Positions 36,293-45,913 of a stretch of 64,000 nt of DNA are shown piece by piece (position 1 is the first letter of the stretch; each line of letters starts with the position of its first letter). The notes beneath the pieces were generated by a model. It did no database searches. It saw only the letters and a list, made by a program, of their open reading frames with translations, and had not been told where the DNA came from. The DNA comes from a bacterium (GTDB lineage Bacteria > Patescibacteriota > UBA1384 > VFKW01): the NCBI GenBank assembly GCA_030647355.1, contig JAUSIS010000006.1, positions 90,221 through 154,220 on the forward strand, in the 5' to 3' direction. The position numbers were made by a program, and so were the translations under genes.

Positions 36293-38757
36293 TATCCACA
36301 CTTACTAAAGCCGCAGGAGGGGCATTTTAAGCATCCTTCACCCATTTCTAAAGTAGTGCCACATTCTGGACAGACTGGTGCATGACCATAATCAGCCATG
36401 CTTTTATGGTTGATGGCGGGAGCTTGCTTGGCCTCGACTATAGTTTCTGGTTTTGCTTCTGTAGCGGGGGCTTGAATATCTAGAGTAAGCTGGGCGTTTT
36501 TGCTTTTAAGGTGTTTTTCTAATAACTGACCGATAGCATCGGGCATGGAAAGTACCATTGAGCCGCCGCTTGCCCAAATCGGTGAGGGGCCACGGATGCC
36601 TTTAAGTTGTTCGATAATTTCTTGGGGATCGATATCCGACCTTAGGGCGAGCGAAGTTAAGCGTCCAATTGCTTCAGCTTTAGCGGCGAAGTAGCCGCCG
36701 GTTTTACCAATCGAAGCGAAAATTTCGAAAGGATTGCCGTTTTCGTCGTCGTTGATGGTGACATAGAGACTACCATACCCTGTTTTGATTTTATAGGTGA
36801 AGCCCTGAACAACTTCCGGTCTTTTGCGCGGTTGTATATATCCCTCGACGATTTGAGCGGATGGTGACGGATTGGATTTATCGCCTGCTTTTTTATCTCC
36901 GACTGTAAGGACTTGAACAGCCCGACTGCCGTCTCGGTAAATGGTAATTCCTTTGCAGTTAAGGTCGTAAGCCATCAGATAGGACTTAGCCACGTCTTCA
37001 CGTGTGGCGGAGTTGGGAAAGTTAATAGTTTTGGAAATGGCGGCATCGGTATGGCGCTGGAAAGCGGCTTGCATTTTAACATGCCACTCGGGAGCAATAT
37101 CTTGAGAAACGACAAAGACTCTTTTGATATCTTCCGGTACCTCTTCGATGTCTTTGAGTGTACCTTTATTCAACACTTTTTTGATCAACTCCTCGGAATA
37201 AAAGCCGCGCTCTTTAGCGATTTTTAGAAAATGCGGATTAACCTCGGGAAGCGGGGTGCCGTCCATGACTGTTTTGACATAGGCGAGGGCAAAAAATGGT
37301 TCAATACCGGAGGAGCAAGAAGCAATTATACTTAAGGTGCCGGTAGGATTGCAGGAGGTGGTGGCGGCATTGTGCATTTTTATGTTGAGTTTGTCCCATT
37401 TACTTCCTTTGTATGCAGGGAATGTTCCGCGAGTTTTGGCTAATTCTTGGGAGACTTTGTGCGATTCCTCTTCGACGATACCCATCGTATGTTCTGCCAT
37501 ATTTATACCCTCGTTGGAATCGTAGGCAATACCAAGCGCGTAGAGTAGATCGGCAAATCCCATAATGGTGATTCCTATCTTTCTGGTTTTGAGGGTTAGG
37601 TCTTCGATTTCTTTAATGGGATATTTATTAGCATCAATAATATTATCTAAAAAGTGGACGACCTTATAGATAGTGCGGCGTAATTTTTCTTCGTCTAGTA
37701 TTGGTTTTCCGTTTTCATCCTCCCCTACCATTTTGGCTAGATTAATAGCACCGAGATTGCAGGATTCGTAGGGCAGGAGGGGTTGCTCACCGCAAGGGTT
37801 AGTGGATTCGATTTCGCCAAGGTGAGGTACGGTATTAGCTTCATTAATATGGTCGAGAAAAATTAAACCGGGTTCACCGTTTTTCCAGGCGTAATCGGTA
37901 ATGAGATCGAAGACTTCTTTGGCTTTCAATTTGCCGGCAGTTTTTTGATTACGGGGATTAATAAGTTCATACTCTTCATTGTTTTTGAGGGCGTTCATGA
38001 ATTCTTTTGTCACACCGACTGAAATATTAAAGTTGGCAAGTGTCCCCTCTTGGGATTTGTATTTTATGAATTCAATTATATCCGGATGGTCAACGCGTAA
38101 GATTCCCATATTGGCACCGCGTCGGGAACCGCCTTGTTTTATTTGCTCAGTGGTGTCGTTGAACATTTGCATAAAACCGATTGGTCCGCAAGAAATGCCG
38201 CCAGTTGAGCCGACGATGTCGTTTTTGGGGCGAAGCCGGGAAAAACTAAAACCTGTGCCCCCGCCTGATTTATGGATAATCCCCATGTTCATTTGGGTGC
38301 GAAGGATTTCTTCCATGTCGTCTTCAACGGGTAGAACGAAGCAAGCAGAAAGCTGGCCAAGTTTTGTACCGGCGCCAGTGAAAGTGGGGCTATTTGGTAA
38401 GAATTCGAGTTTAGCCATTAATTCGAAAAATTCTCTTTCCAATTTTTTGACTCCCCGAGCGTCGGTGCCATATTTTGCATCTACTTTAGCAGTAACACTG
38501 GCGACTCGCTCAAGCATATTTTTGGGAGATTCGAGCGGATTGAGGTTCTCGTCTTTGATTACGTATCGTTTGTTGATTACCTTCAAGGCATTATCGGAAA
38601 ATATAACATTGTTGCTATAATCGGTCCGCCATCCGCCAGCCGGCGGATTGGATTTATCTTTTTGTTTTCCATTTACTTTTTTATTATTAAAAAGATTGAA
38701 GTTGTTATTTTCCGGTTGTATTTTTTCTTTAGTATCAGTTGTGCTCTTTGTGGGCAT
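36292..38757 (-). CDS. nrdJ: Class II (AdoCbl-dependent) ribonucleotide reductase with C-terminal TSCPD/Zn-ribbon
   Basis: PNSPT, SACFV, GGGTG, RRGANM, TNPCGEQ, PTGT, YRDGSR, terminal CxxC pairs. Confidence 0.95.
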   Translation of the reverse strand: MPTKSTTDTKEKIQPENNNFNLFNNKKVNGKQKDKSNPPAGGWRTDYSNNVIFSDNALKVINKRYVIKDENLNPLESPKNMLERVASVTAKVDAKYGTDARGVKKLEREFFELMAKLEFLPNSPTFTGAGTKLGQLSACFVLPVEDDMEEILRTQMNMGIIHKSGGGTGFSFSRLRPKNDIVGSTGGISCGPIGFMQMFNDTTEQIKQGGSRRGANMGILRVDHPDIIEFIKYKSQEGTLANFNISVGVTKEFMNALKNNEEYELINPRNQKTAGKLKAKEVFDLITDYAWKNGEPGLIFLDHINEANTVPHLGEIESTNPCGEQPLLPYESCNLGAINLAKMVGEDENGKPILDEEKLRRTIYKVVHFLDNIIDANKYPIKEIEDLTLKTRKIGITIMGFADLLYALGIAYDSNEGINMAEHTMGIVEEESHKVSQELAKTRGTFPAYKGSKWDKLNIKMHNAATTSCNPTGTLSIIASCSSGIEPFFALAYVKTVMDGTPLPEVNPHFLKIAKERGFYSEELIKKVLNKGTLKDIEEVPEDIKRVFVVSQDIAPEWHVKMQAAFQRHTDAAISKTINFPNSATREDVAKSYLMAYDLNCKGITIYRDGSRAVQVLTVGDKKAGDKSNPSPSAQIVEGYIQPRKRPEVVQGFTYKIKTGYGSLYVTINDDENGNPFEIFASIGKTGGYFAAKAEAIGRLTSLALRSDIDPQEIIEQLKGIRGPSPIWASGGSMVLSMPDAIGQLLEKHLKSKNAQLTLDIQAPATEAKPETIVEAKQAPAINHKSMADYGHAPVCPECGTTLEMGEGCLKCPSCGFSKCG

Positions 38758-38783
38758 TTATCCTCCTTGTAAGTTTTTTTAAA

Positions 38784-39236
38784 TTATTTTCTCGGTTTTT
38801 TAAGTTGCTTTAGGGCTTGTTCGTACGCGCCCAGGTTATCAAACGATTGATAGACTGATGCAAAGCGAATGTATGCTACCGGATCAAGTTTTTTGAGTTG
38901 TTTCATTACTAATTCGCCTATATGAACTGACGGTATTTCGCTTTGAAGCTGTTCGGATAATTCTTTTTCTATTATGTGAGTAATATTTTCGGTGGTTTCT
39001 TTTGAGATTGGTCTTTTCTCGCAGGCTTTATTGATGCCGTTTAGTATTTTGTTACGGTCAAATGTTTCACGGCGACCATCCTTTTTGATGACCGAAAAGC
39101 GTCGAATCTCGATGCGCTCAAAGGTCGTGAACCGAAAGCCGCAAGAAAGGCATTCGCGGCGGCGGCGAATTGCTCGTCCGGCGTCGCGGGTATCAGTGAC
39201 TTGTGTTTCGTCCTTCTCACAGCTGGGGCAGTACAT
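38784..39236 (-). CDS. nrdR: Transcriptional repressor NrdR
   Basis: CPSC..DTR..RRRRECLSC..RFTTFE, ATP-cone, VAYIRFASVY; ATG 39236 has GGAGG RBS. Confidence 0.97.
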   Translation of the reverse strand: MYCPSCEKDETQVTDTRDAGRAIRRRRECLSCGFRFTTFERIEIRRFSVIKKDGRRETFDRNKILNGINKACEKRPISKETTENITHIIEKELSEQLQSEIPSVHIGELVMKQLKKLDPVAYIRFASVYQSFDNLGAYEQALKQLKKPRK

Positions 39237-39323
39237 GGGCGACCTCCGGTCGCAATTTTCAATCTCCAAGCACTAACATCGCTATATCTTTATATATGGT
39301 CGGACTTGGTTTTTGAGAGCTGC

Positions 39324-39371
39324 GTACTACATTTAGTGTGCCTTACTCACAATAGAGTCTATATATAGTGT
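39324..39371 (-). promoter_or_regulatory. Tandem NrdR boxes overlapping the nrdR-nrdJ promoter
   Basis: ACACTATATATAGACT and ACACTAAATGTAGTAC (minus strand) 32 bp apart; TTGACA at 39373-39378. Confidence 0.85.
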
Positions 39372-39447
39372 GTGTCAAGCTGGGGACAACTTTTGCTAAG
39401 AAGGTGTTAATTCTTACAGTGTCATTAATATACAGAACAAAAACCGA

Positions 39448-39465
39448 ATCCGCCAGCTGGCGGAT
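39448..39465. repeat. Short GC palindrome ATCCGCCAGCTGGCGGAT
   Basis: Perfect 18-bp palindrome; one-mismatch copy inside nrdJ at 38631-38648. Confidence 0.7.
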
Positions 39466-39598
39466 CAAGTATGGATAACTTTATGAGTTTGTGGAAAACC
39501 AAACAAATACCGAATATTGAGTTGGTTGTGCTGAATGGTTAATTTATCGTATGAAAAAAGCCCCGCTCTTTCTCGGAAAGGTCGGGGCGTTGGAATGG

Positions 39599-40084
39599 CT
39601 AGTCTAGTCTGTTGGGAAGCGGAGCGCCCGAGAGGAAATGCTCGTAAACCATCATGGTATCGAGCTCCTTGTTGGTAAACTGATCGTCGGCTCCGTCCCT
39701 AGTTATACTGGCTATGGTGAGTGCTGCTTCTTCAAAGTTTGTCTCGTGGCCGATGACCCAGCGGAGGTATCGAGCAGTTCGAGTGATTGCCCTCAGATCG
39801 AGAGGGGTGTAGTAGAAATCCTCCCGGAAGGCAAGATGCCACTTATGCCAGTAGCAACGATTGTGGATAGCCAGTGCTACTGCTCCGGTTATTAGGGTGG
39901 TAATTCCTGCCCGTATGGCAGCTTCTTTTATAGCTGCGGGCGATGCGTGGTGGTTGAGGATGATAGTCAGCGTGACTATGCCGAGTATCGTGGTGCAGTA
40001 GAGTCAGAAGATTGGCAGAATGCCCATATTCTTCTCGGGGTAGATATGCTTTTTGGGACTGATGGTATATGCAAAATCATTCAA
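39599..40084 (-). pseudogene. Orphan 2-TM protein gene interrupted by in-frame TGA (codon 27)
   Basis: TTGACT..TACTAT promoter-like sequence, GGGAGG+TTG, 162-codon frame with a single TGA at 40004-40006, terminator at 39554-39588. Confidence 0.65.
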
Positions 40085-40217
40085 AGTCGGATTGCCTCCC
40101 GGAAGTAGTAGTCCATCAAGACGATAGACATTGTATAGTTGATATAGTAGCACTTTAGGGGTTTTCAGTCAACCAAAAATCAGCTCTCTGTCTAGTGGAG
40201 CGGGTTTTTGGTATGGA

Positions 40218-40802
40218 TTAATTTTTTCTACAATGAGGGGTCCAATGACTCCACCACCATTTATGGGGGTCTTGAGTTTTTATTTCCTCGGCAATTTTTT
40301 TAGCAGAAACGGTAATTAGTCCTTTTTCCTGGTGGATTAGCCATCGGCAGGCTTCTTTATTGCCCTGTAATTCATATTCTCTGAGTAGAAGTAATTCGTC
40401 GAGTATATCTGCGTCTTTGGCGATTTTTGATTCCAGAGTAATTCTCTGGCTGTATTCAAAAATATTATTAATAATTTCTGTAAATACTGGTGGACATTTA
40501 AATTGGTCGTTAATAATATCTTCATCAAATTTTTTAATATAGCGTTTATTTAGCCAGTTTTGATCACCCGAGCGTGATTCTTCAAAATCATGAAAGAGAC
40601 AAATTTTAATAACTTTATTTACATCAGCTTTTTCTAGTTGAGCCAAAAAATAGCCAATTATAGTTGTTCGGTAGGAATGACTGGCGGTATTGTCAGAGAG
40701 ATCATTGGTCAATAGAAACTGTCGGTGGGCGCGAGAGATTTTACGTAAACTTCCTGCCTCATATAGCAGGGAAACGATTTTCTCAAGATGTTTTTTAGTC
40801 AT
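40218..40802 (-). CDS. HD-domain hydrolase (YfbR/HD_3-like)
   Basis: ASHSYR, LFHDF.E.RSGD, KDAD.LD. Confidence 0.85.
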   Translation of the reverse strand: MTKKHLEKIVSLLYEAGSLRKISRAHRQFLLTNDLSDNTASHSYRTTIIGYFLAQLEKADVNKVIKICLFHDFEESRSGDQNWLNKRYIKKFDEDIINDQFKCPPVFTEIINNIFEYSQRITLESKIAKDADILDELLLLREYELQGNKEACRWLIHQEKGLITVSAKKIAEEIKTQDPHKWWWSHWTPHCRKN

Positions 40803-40810
40803 AGATTATT

Positions 40811-41980
40811 TTATCTTAGTTTTCGGCGGATGAAAGCGGGAACGTCTAGTTGGTCATCATTGTCATCGTCTTTTTTGCTCTCGGATTCGTCCTCTTCCGG
40901 TTTGAGATCTATCATGGGCTCGGTAGGTTGATTGAATCCGGTTGTAAACGGAGAACGCGGAATACCCATGCTGCTGACTGACGGTTCTTCGCTGTGGACT
41001 GGAGGAGGTGTGACCGGTTTCTTCTTTCCCTCGCCTTCAAAGCCGGTAGCGATGACGGTGATTTTTATTTCGCCGGACATTGCATCGTCAATTAAGGCGC
41101 CGAATATGATATTAGCATCAGGATCAGCGGCTTCGGTTATGGCTTTGGCTGCTTCATCAACTTCATACATTCCCATGTCAGGACCACCAGTAACGTTGAA
41201 CAAAACGCCTTTGGCGCCATCAATGGAAAGTTCCAGAAGTGGGCTATCTATTGCGGCGCGAGCGGCTTCAACGGCTCGATTATCTCCAGAGGCGCGGCCA
41301 ATGCCCATAAGGGCAGAGCCGGCTTCGGACATGATTGTTCTGACATCGGCAAAGTCTACATTAATTACACCATGCAGGGTGATCAGATCTGAAATTCCTT
41401 GGACGCCTTGCCTTAGAATTTCATCTACAATGCTAAAGGCATCGGAAAGTGATGTCTTTTTATCTATGACCTGGAGCAAACGATCGTTGGGGATAACTAT
41501 TAGGGTGTCAACTTTTTCTTTTAGTTCATCTATGCCAAGTTCGGCGACTTTTTTGCGGCGTAAACCTTCGAAGCTGAAAGGTTTTGTCACAACGCCGACT
41601 GTCAGAGAGCCGAGTTCTCTGGCGATTTGAGCGACAACCGGTGCGGCGCCGGTACCAGTGCCACCTCCCATGCCGCATGTAACAAAAACCATGTCCGCAC
41701 CCTTGAGGACTTCATAAACTTCGTCCTTATCTTCTTCAATGGCTTTTCGTCCTTTATCAATATCGGCTCCAGCGCCAAGTCCGCGTGTGGTTTCTTTGCC
41801 GATCTGGACTTTTATTGGAGCTTCGTTATGCAAAAGAGCTTGAGCATCGCTATTTATGGCGATAAATTCTACACCTTTGACTTTGGCGGCGATCATTCGG
41901 TTCAGGGCATTATTTCCAGAGCCACCAACCCCACAAACTTTGATTGTTGCGAATGTTTCAAGTTGCGCGCTTTTTTCCAT
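40811..41980 (-). CDS. ftsZ: Cell division protein FtsZ
   Basis: [23 protein letters not shown]-terminal LDVPAFIR. Confidence 0.99.
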   Translation of the reverse strand: MEKSAQLETFATIKVCGVGGSGNNALNRMIAAKVKGVEFIAINSDAQALLHNEAPIKVQIGKETTRGLGAGADIDKGRKAIEEDKDEVYEVLKGADMVFVTCGMGGGTGTGAAPVVAQIARELGSLTVGVVTKPFSFEGLRRKKVAELGIDELKEKVDTLIVIPNDRLLQVIDKKTSLSDAFSIVDEILRQGVQGISDLITLHGVINVDFADVRTIMSEAGSALMGIGRASGDNRAVEAARAAIDSPLLELSIDGAKGVLFNVTGGPDMGMYEVDEAAKAITEAADPDANIIFGALIDDAMSGEIKITVIATGFEGEGKKKPVTPPPVHSEEPSVSSMGIPRSPFTTGFNQPTEPMIDLKPEEDESESKKDDDNDDQLDVPAFIRRKLR

Positions 41981-41992
41981 TAACCCTCATTT

Positions 41993-43228
41993 CTACGCCG
42001 AAAATTGGCGGAATATTCCCTTCACTTTATCGAATACCCCTCCCATTTTTCCAATGTCGAATTTGGATTGACTTAGGTCGTTGTAGTGGTTCATTCCCCA
42101 TAACATCAGACCCACACTGGTAGAATACATGGGATTATCTAGCTTGTCAATCATTCCGGAAATTTCCATGTGAGGATAGCCAATTTGTGCCGGCAATCTT
42201 AATTCTTCCTTGGCGGCTTCAAGGAGCCCTTGGATTTTACTGCCCCCACCGGTAAAGACAATGCCGGCAGGCAGCATGCCGTCTTTGCCGACTTTTTTTA
42301 ACTCGGAACGTACCATAGCAAAGATTTCACTCAAGCGTGCCTCAACAATCTCGGCAATATATTTTTTTGATATTTTTTCTTCTTCTGAAGAGTCAAAGTC
42401 TTTAAGATCAACCATTTCGGTTTCTTTAAATTTAGTTGGTGTAGCACTGCCGTATTTGATTTTTATCTTCTCGGCGACATCCAAGCTGGTACGTAAGCCG
42501 ATAGCAATATCATTAGTGATGTGAAGACTGCCAATACTAAGTATTCCCGCATAGAGAAGATCGCCGTCTTCGAAGATAGCTACGCTGGTAGTGGAGGCTC
42601 CGATGTCAACCAGGGCGACTCCGGCTTCTTTTTGTTTTTTAGTTAAAATGGCGTAAGAGCTTGCTAGGGGCGAAAAAGTCAGATCGGAAATGCCAAGACT
42701 GGATTGCTCAATACATTTGGATAATGTTTTAATAGCGGGGATAGATGCTCCTATGACATGGGCTTCTACTTCAAGGCGTATGCCAGTCATGCCGATCGGG
42801 TCATTGATGTCTGTTTGCCCATCTATGATAAACGAACGAGGGATAACATCAATTATTTGATAATTTGGGGGTAGAGCGATAGCTCGGGCTGCTTCAATAA
42901 CACGCTGAACGTCCGTTTCGGTTATTTCGCCATCGGCACGGGAAATTGCTATGACACCTTTGGATATAGTGCAGGTGATTTGCGGGTTTGAGATACCGAC
43001 GAAAGCGTCGGTAATAGGAGAGCCGCTCATTCTTTCGGCTTCTTCTAGGGCGGCGGTGACCGCACTAACTGTCTCTTCGATGTCAATAATGATGCCTTTA
43101 CGTACTCCACTGGCGGGCGAGCTGCCAAAGCCGATAATATTGATTATTCCTTCTTGAATTGTGCCAGCGCAAACTGCAACTTTGGTTGTGCCGATGTCGA
43201 GCCCTACGGTTACTTGTAATTTTTGCAT
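41993..43228 (-). CDS. ftsA: Cell division protein FtsA
   Basis: GLDIGTTK, DPIGMTG.RLE, VDIGA, TGGGS; upstream of ftsZ. Confidence 0.97.
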   Translation of the reverse strand: MQKLQVTVGLDIGTTKVAVCAGTIQEGIINIIGFGSSPASGVRKGIIIDIEETVSAVTAALEEAERMSGSPITDAFVGISNPQITCTISKGVIAISRADGEITETDVQRVIEAARAIALPPNYQIIDVIPRSFIIDGQTDINDPIGMTGIRLEVEAHVIGASIPAIKTLSKCIEQSSLGISDLTFSPLASSYAILTKKQKEAGVALVDIGASTTSVAIFEDGDLLYAGILSIGSLHITNDIAIGLRTSLDVAEKIKIKYGSATPTKFKETEMVDLKDFDSSEEEKISKKYIAEIVEARLSEIFAMVRSELKKVGKDGMLPAGIVFTGGGSKIQGLLEAAKEELRLPAQIGYPHMEISGMIDKLDNPMYSTSVGLMLWGMNHYNDLSQSKFDIGKMGGVFDKVKGIFRQFSA

Positions 43229-43244
43229 AAATATCCCTCCAGAG

Positions 43245-43311
43245 AAATTCTAAATCCGAAATCCTAAACTCAAAACGAATTTTAGGGTTTAGAAATTTGT
43301 ATTTAGAATTT
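43245..43311. repeat. AT-rich imperfect palindrome with short internal units
   Basis: AAATTCTAAATCCGAAATCCTAAAC...GTTTAGAAATTTGTATTTAGAATTT. Confidence 0.6.
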
Positions 43312-43315
43312 TAAA

Positions 43316-43783
43316 TTACTTATGATGGAAACCTACCAAGTGTCTTAGTCCGTGCTGAAATAAATTGTTAATTTCTTTGTTGATGGTAATGTTGTTTTCT
43401 TTCGCTTGTCGTATTGCGGCAGGATAGCAGATAGCTATATCTCCCAGAAGTAGAGGTATATCGGTAGGCGAAGGAAAGGTTTTGCGAGTCTTACGACCTT
43501 TTTCTATCTGACTAAGGGGAAAACTTAGAACATCAGTTACACTATCAATACTGCGATATTTATTATTTAATCTACGCATAAATATACTACCGCAAAAAAT
43601 TAGGTCTAGCTCCACTATACCGCTTAACTTTGTATCTTGCAAGATAGATTGGGCGGTTTTTGTAAAAACAGCCTTGACGATCTTGTATTTCGTCAAATTA
43701 CTAATATTAATAATTACTTTGAGGTTCATAGAATTATTTAGTATTTTCTTTGGGGTACTGGATTCGCTGATGAAATATAGCAT
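43316..43783 (-). CDS. ybeY: rRNA maturation RNase YbeY
   Basis: LNNKYR..TDVLSFP, LGDI, HGLRHLVGFHH; true start possibly ATG 43729. Confidence 0.92.
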   Translation of the reverse strand: MLYFISESSTPKKILNNSMNLKVIINISNLTKYKIVKAVFTKTAQSILQDTKLSGIVELDLIFCGSIFMRRLNNKYRSIDSVTDVLSFPLSQIEKGRKTRKTFPSPTDIPLLLGDIAICYPAAIRQAKENNITINKEINNLFQHGLRHLVGFHHK

Positions 43784-44654
43784 TTAAACTCTCAATGAAT
43801 GAGCGGCGAAGTTTAGAGATTTGTTTCGCAGATAGGGCGGCGTTATCTAGTTGGCCTTCATTAGTTTTTTGCTCAATAGCTTGGTTGACGATTTCTCGTA
43901 TATCGGTGAGGGTCGGATCAGATTCCGAGCGGACTGCTGCTTCTAAAGTGTCTGCTAACATGACGATAGCTATTTCTGCAGACTGAGGTTTGGGTCCTGG
44001 ATATTTGAAATCGGCTTTTTTGGTCTTTTGACTGTCTTGCTTACTCTTTTCGTAAAAATAAGATACCGTTGAGGTCCCATGGTGTTGTTGGATGAAGTTA
44101 ATGACTTCTTGGGGTAGATGGTTTTCTTTGGCGATCTCGACGCCATTTGTAACATGATTGATAATTATTTGGGCGCTTTCCTCGGGGTTTTCAATCTGAT
44201 CATGGATATTTTGGGAAGAAGATTGGTTTTCGACAAAAAAATCAGGCTGGACAATTTTTCCTATGTCGTGGTAATATGCTCCAACTCGCGTAAGAAGGGA
44301 ATCGGCATTAATTGTCTTGGCGGCGCGAGAAGAAATATTGGCGACCGTTAAAGTGTGATGATAAGTGCCGGGTGCTTCGTGAGAAAAGCGAACCATAAGT
44401 GGATGGCTTAAGCTTTCCAATCGAAGAAGGCGGCGGAATGTTGTGAGATACTCGCGGAAGATCGGTGATGAGGAGACGATAAAGTAAGCAATTAGTCCTC
44501 CGGATAAAATGGCGGGGAAAACAATTAAAATAATTCTTGTTGTTATGTTTTCAACTAGAAATAGATTTATTGCAAAAGCAATAGAGTAAAAGACGAGATT
44601 AATACCTGTGATTATAGCTGTTAAGATTAGCCCATAACGCAGAGTTTTATTCAT
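43734..44654 (-). CDS. HDIG phosphohydrolase, PgpH/7TM-HD-like, only 2 TM
   Basis: APGTYHH, YYHDIGK, FFVENQ, QHHGT, YPGPKP, MLAD.LEAA. Confidence 0.88.
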   Translation of the reverse strand: MNKTLRYGLILTAIITGINLVFYSIAFAINLFLVENITTRIILIVFPAILSGGLIAYFIVSSSPIFREYLTTFRRLLRLESLSHPLMVRFSHEAPGTYHHTLTVANISSRAAKTINADSLLTRVGAYYHDIGKIVQPDFFVENQSSSQNIHDQIENPEESAQIIINHVTNGVEIAKENHLPQEVINFIQQHHGTSTVSYFYEKSKQDSQKTKKADFKYPGPKPQSAEIAIVMLADTLEAAVRSESDPTLTDIREIVNQAIEQKTNEGQLDNAALSAKQISKLRRSFIESLNAIFHQRIQYPKENTK

Positions 44655-45093
44655 GACTCAAAAGCTCCTTAGTTAGCTTAGAGACTCGGGATCCGTCCGC
44701 TTTACCTTGAACTTGGGGCATAACTTGGCTCATTATCTTACCCATATCTTTCATCTCTGTGGCGCCGGTATTTTTAATAGCTTGGTCTATAATTTCTTTT
44801 AACTGGTCGTCTGTAAGTTGTGCGGGCAGATAGACTTCGATAATAGATATCTCTTGTTCTTCTTTAGCGGCTAGTTCGGGGCGAGTTGAGCGGTATTGTA
44901 GGACGGCATCTTTTCTTTGCCTAATTTCTTTTTGTATTACCGAAACAATTTCTTGTTCGGTTAGTTCAGCTTGTTTTTGTATAGAGGCGTTTTTGAATGC
45001 GGATTTTAAATACCTAAGAGTATCTCGGACTTGCTCATTTTTTTCTTTTTGAGCTTGAATGAGATCGCTATCAATTTTATTTTGCAGGTCCAT
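44647..45093 (-). CDS. yqeY: GatB/YqeY domain protein
   Basis: RQRKDA, YLPAQL, KDMGKIM, GKADG; follows rpsU. Confidence 0.92.
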   Translation of the reverse strand: MDLQNKIDSDLIQAQKEKNEQVRDTLRYLKSAFKNASIQKQAELTEQEIVSVIQKEIRQRKDAVLQYRSTRPELAAKEEQEISIIEVYLPAQLTDDQLKEIIDQAIKNTGATEMKDMGKIMSQVMPQVQGKADGSRVSKLTKELLSHE

Positions 45094-45169
45094 GTAACTC
45101 CTTAGGAATTATTTTCGATCCTCAATTTTTTAACTGCGAAAATTTCCTCCGAGAATATAGAAGGGTAAA

Positions 45170-45370
45170 TTAATAACCTTGTTTGATTTTCTTTCTAATT
45201 GCCTTGCGGCGAGCAGTTTCTCGTTTTTTTACACGAGAGGCATCTTTTGTGAAATATCTTCTTTTTTTAATTTCAGTTAAAACTCCGCTTTGCTGAACAT
45301 CGCGGAAGAAACGGCGAAGAAGGACTTCGAATCCTTCTTTATCTTTTCTTTTGACCTCCACTACAATCAC
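45170..45370 (-). CDS. rpsU: 30S ribosomal protein S21
   Basis: E.LLRRF...GVL.EIKKRRYF, basic C-terminus. Confidence 0.9.
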   Translation of the reverse strand: MIVVEVKRKDKEGFEVLLRRFFRDVQQSGVLTEIKKRRYFTKDASRVKKRETARRKAIRKKIKQGY

Positions 45371-45442
45371 CTGCCTTTCAGATACCTACAATTGTAGGTT
45401 TGTTTACTATAGTTTAGCAGATTTCCAGATGTTTGTCCAGTT

Positions 45443-45892
45443 TTAACAGTGGAGGTTTTTCCAGTTAGTTTTCAACCATTTTTTGTGGACATTAAGCTGA
45501 TCCTTGAGCCCCCTTTTGATGAGTTCTTTTGTGACTATGCTGCCGGAATGGGGATATCTATAGAGTTGCGGATGGGGCGAAGAGAACCCATGGGCATAAT
45601 GCACAAGTTCGTGGGCGATAGTGATATCAATTACTTCGTTGGGTATTTGGGGATTTTTGAATAGACTGTTCATGGTGATGATAGAGAATGATTCCGGTAG
45701 CCACCAAGAAGGTTTGGGGAATCTGCCGGGTTTTCTAAAAAGTCGCTTTGGTCCTTTGGCGACTATTGAACCAAGTTGATTTCGGTTGGCTCTACCAAAA
45801 CGGATATAGACCCGGTTGATTTTTTCGATGTCTTGGAAGTGTTTCTTCCAGATTTCATAAAGGCGATCTTCGAGCCATTTGTTGTCTCTCAT
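45443..45892 (-). CDS. SprT-like zinc metalloprotease
   Basis: HELVH..H motif; PH.G. Confidence 0.7.
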   Translation of the reverse strand: MRDNKWLEDRLYEIWKKHFQDIEKINRVYIRFGRANRNQLGSIVAKGPKRLFRKPGRFPKPSWWLPESFSIITMNSLFKNPQIPNEVIDITIAHELVHYAHGFSSPHPQLYRYPHSGSIVTKELIKRGLKDQLNVHKKWLKTNWKNLHC

Positions 45893-45913
45893 AGGTTTGT
45901 TATAGAGGATTTG

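Noticed and set aside
36292-36300. Perfect DnaA box TTATCCACA
   Set aside because: Explained by the last nrdJ codons (Cys-Gly-stop).
37979-41630. Long antisense ORFs (213 aa opposite nrdJ, 232 aa opposite ftsZ)
   Set aside because: Shadow frames of conserved genes, with no RBS or motifs.
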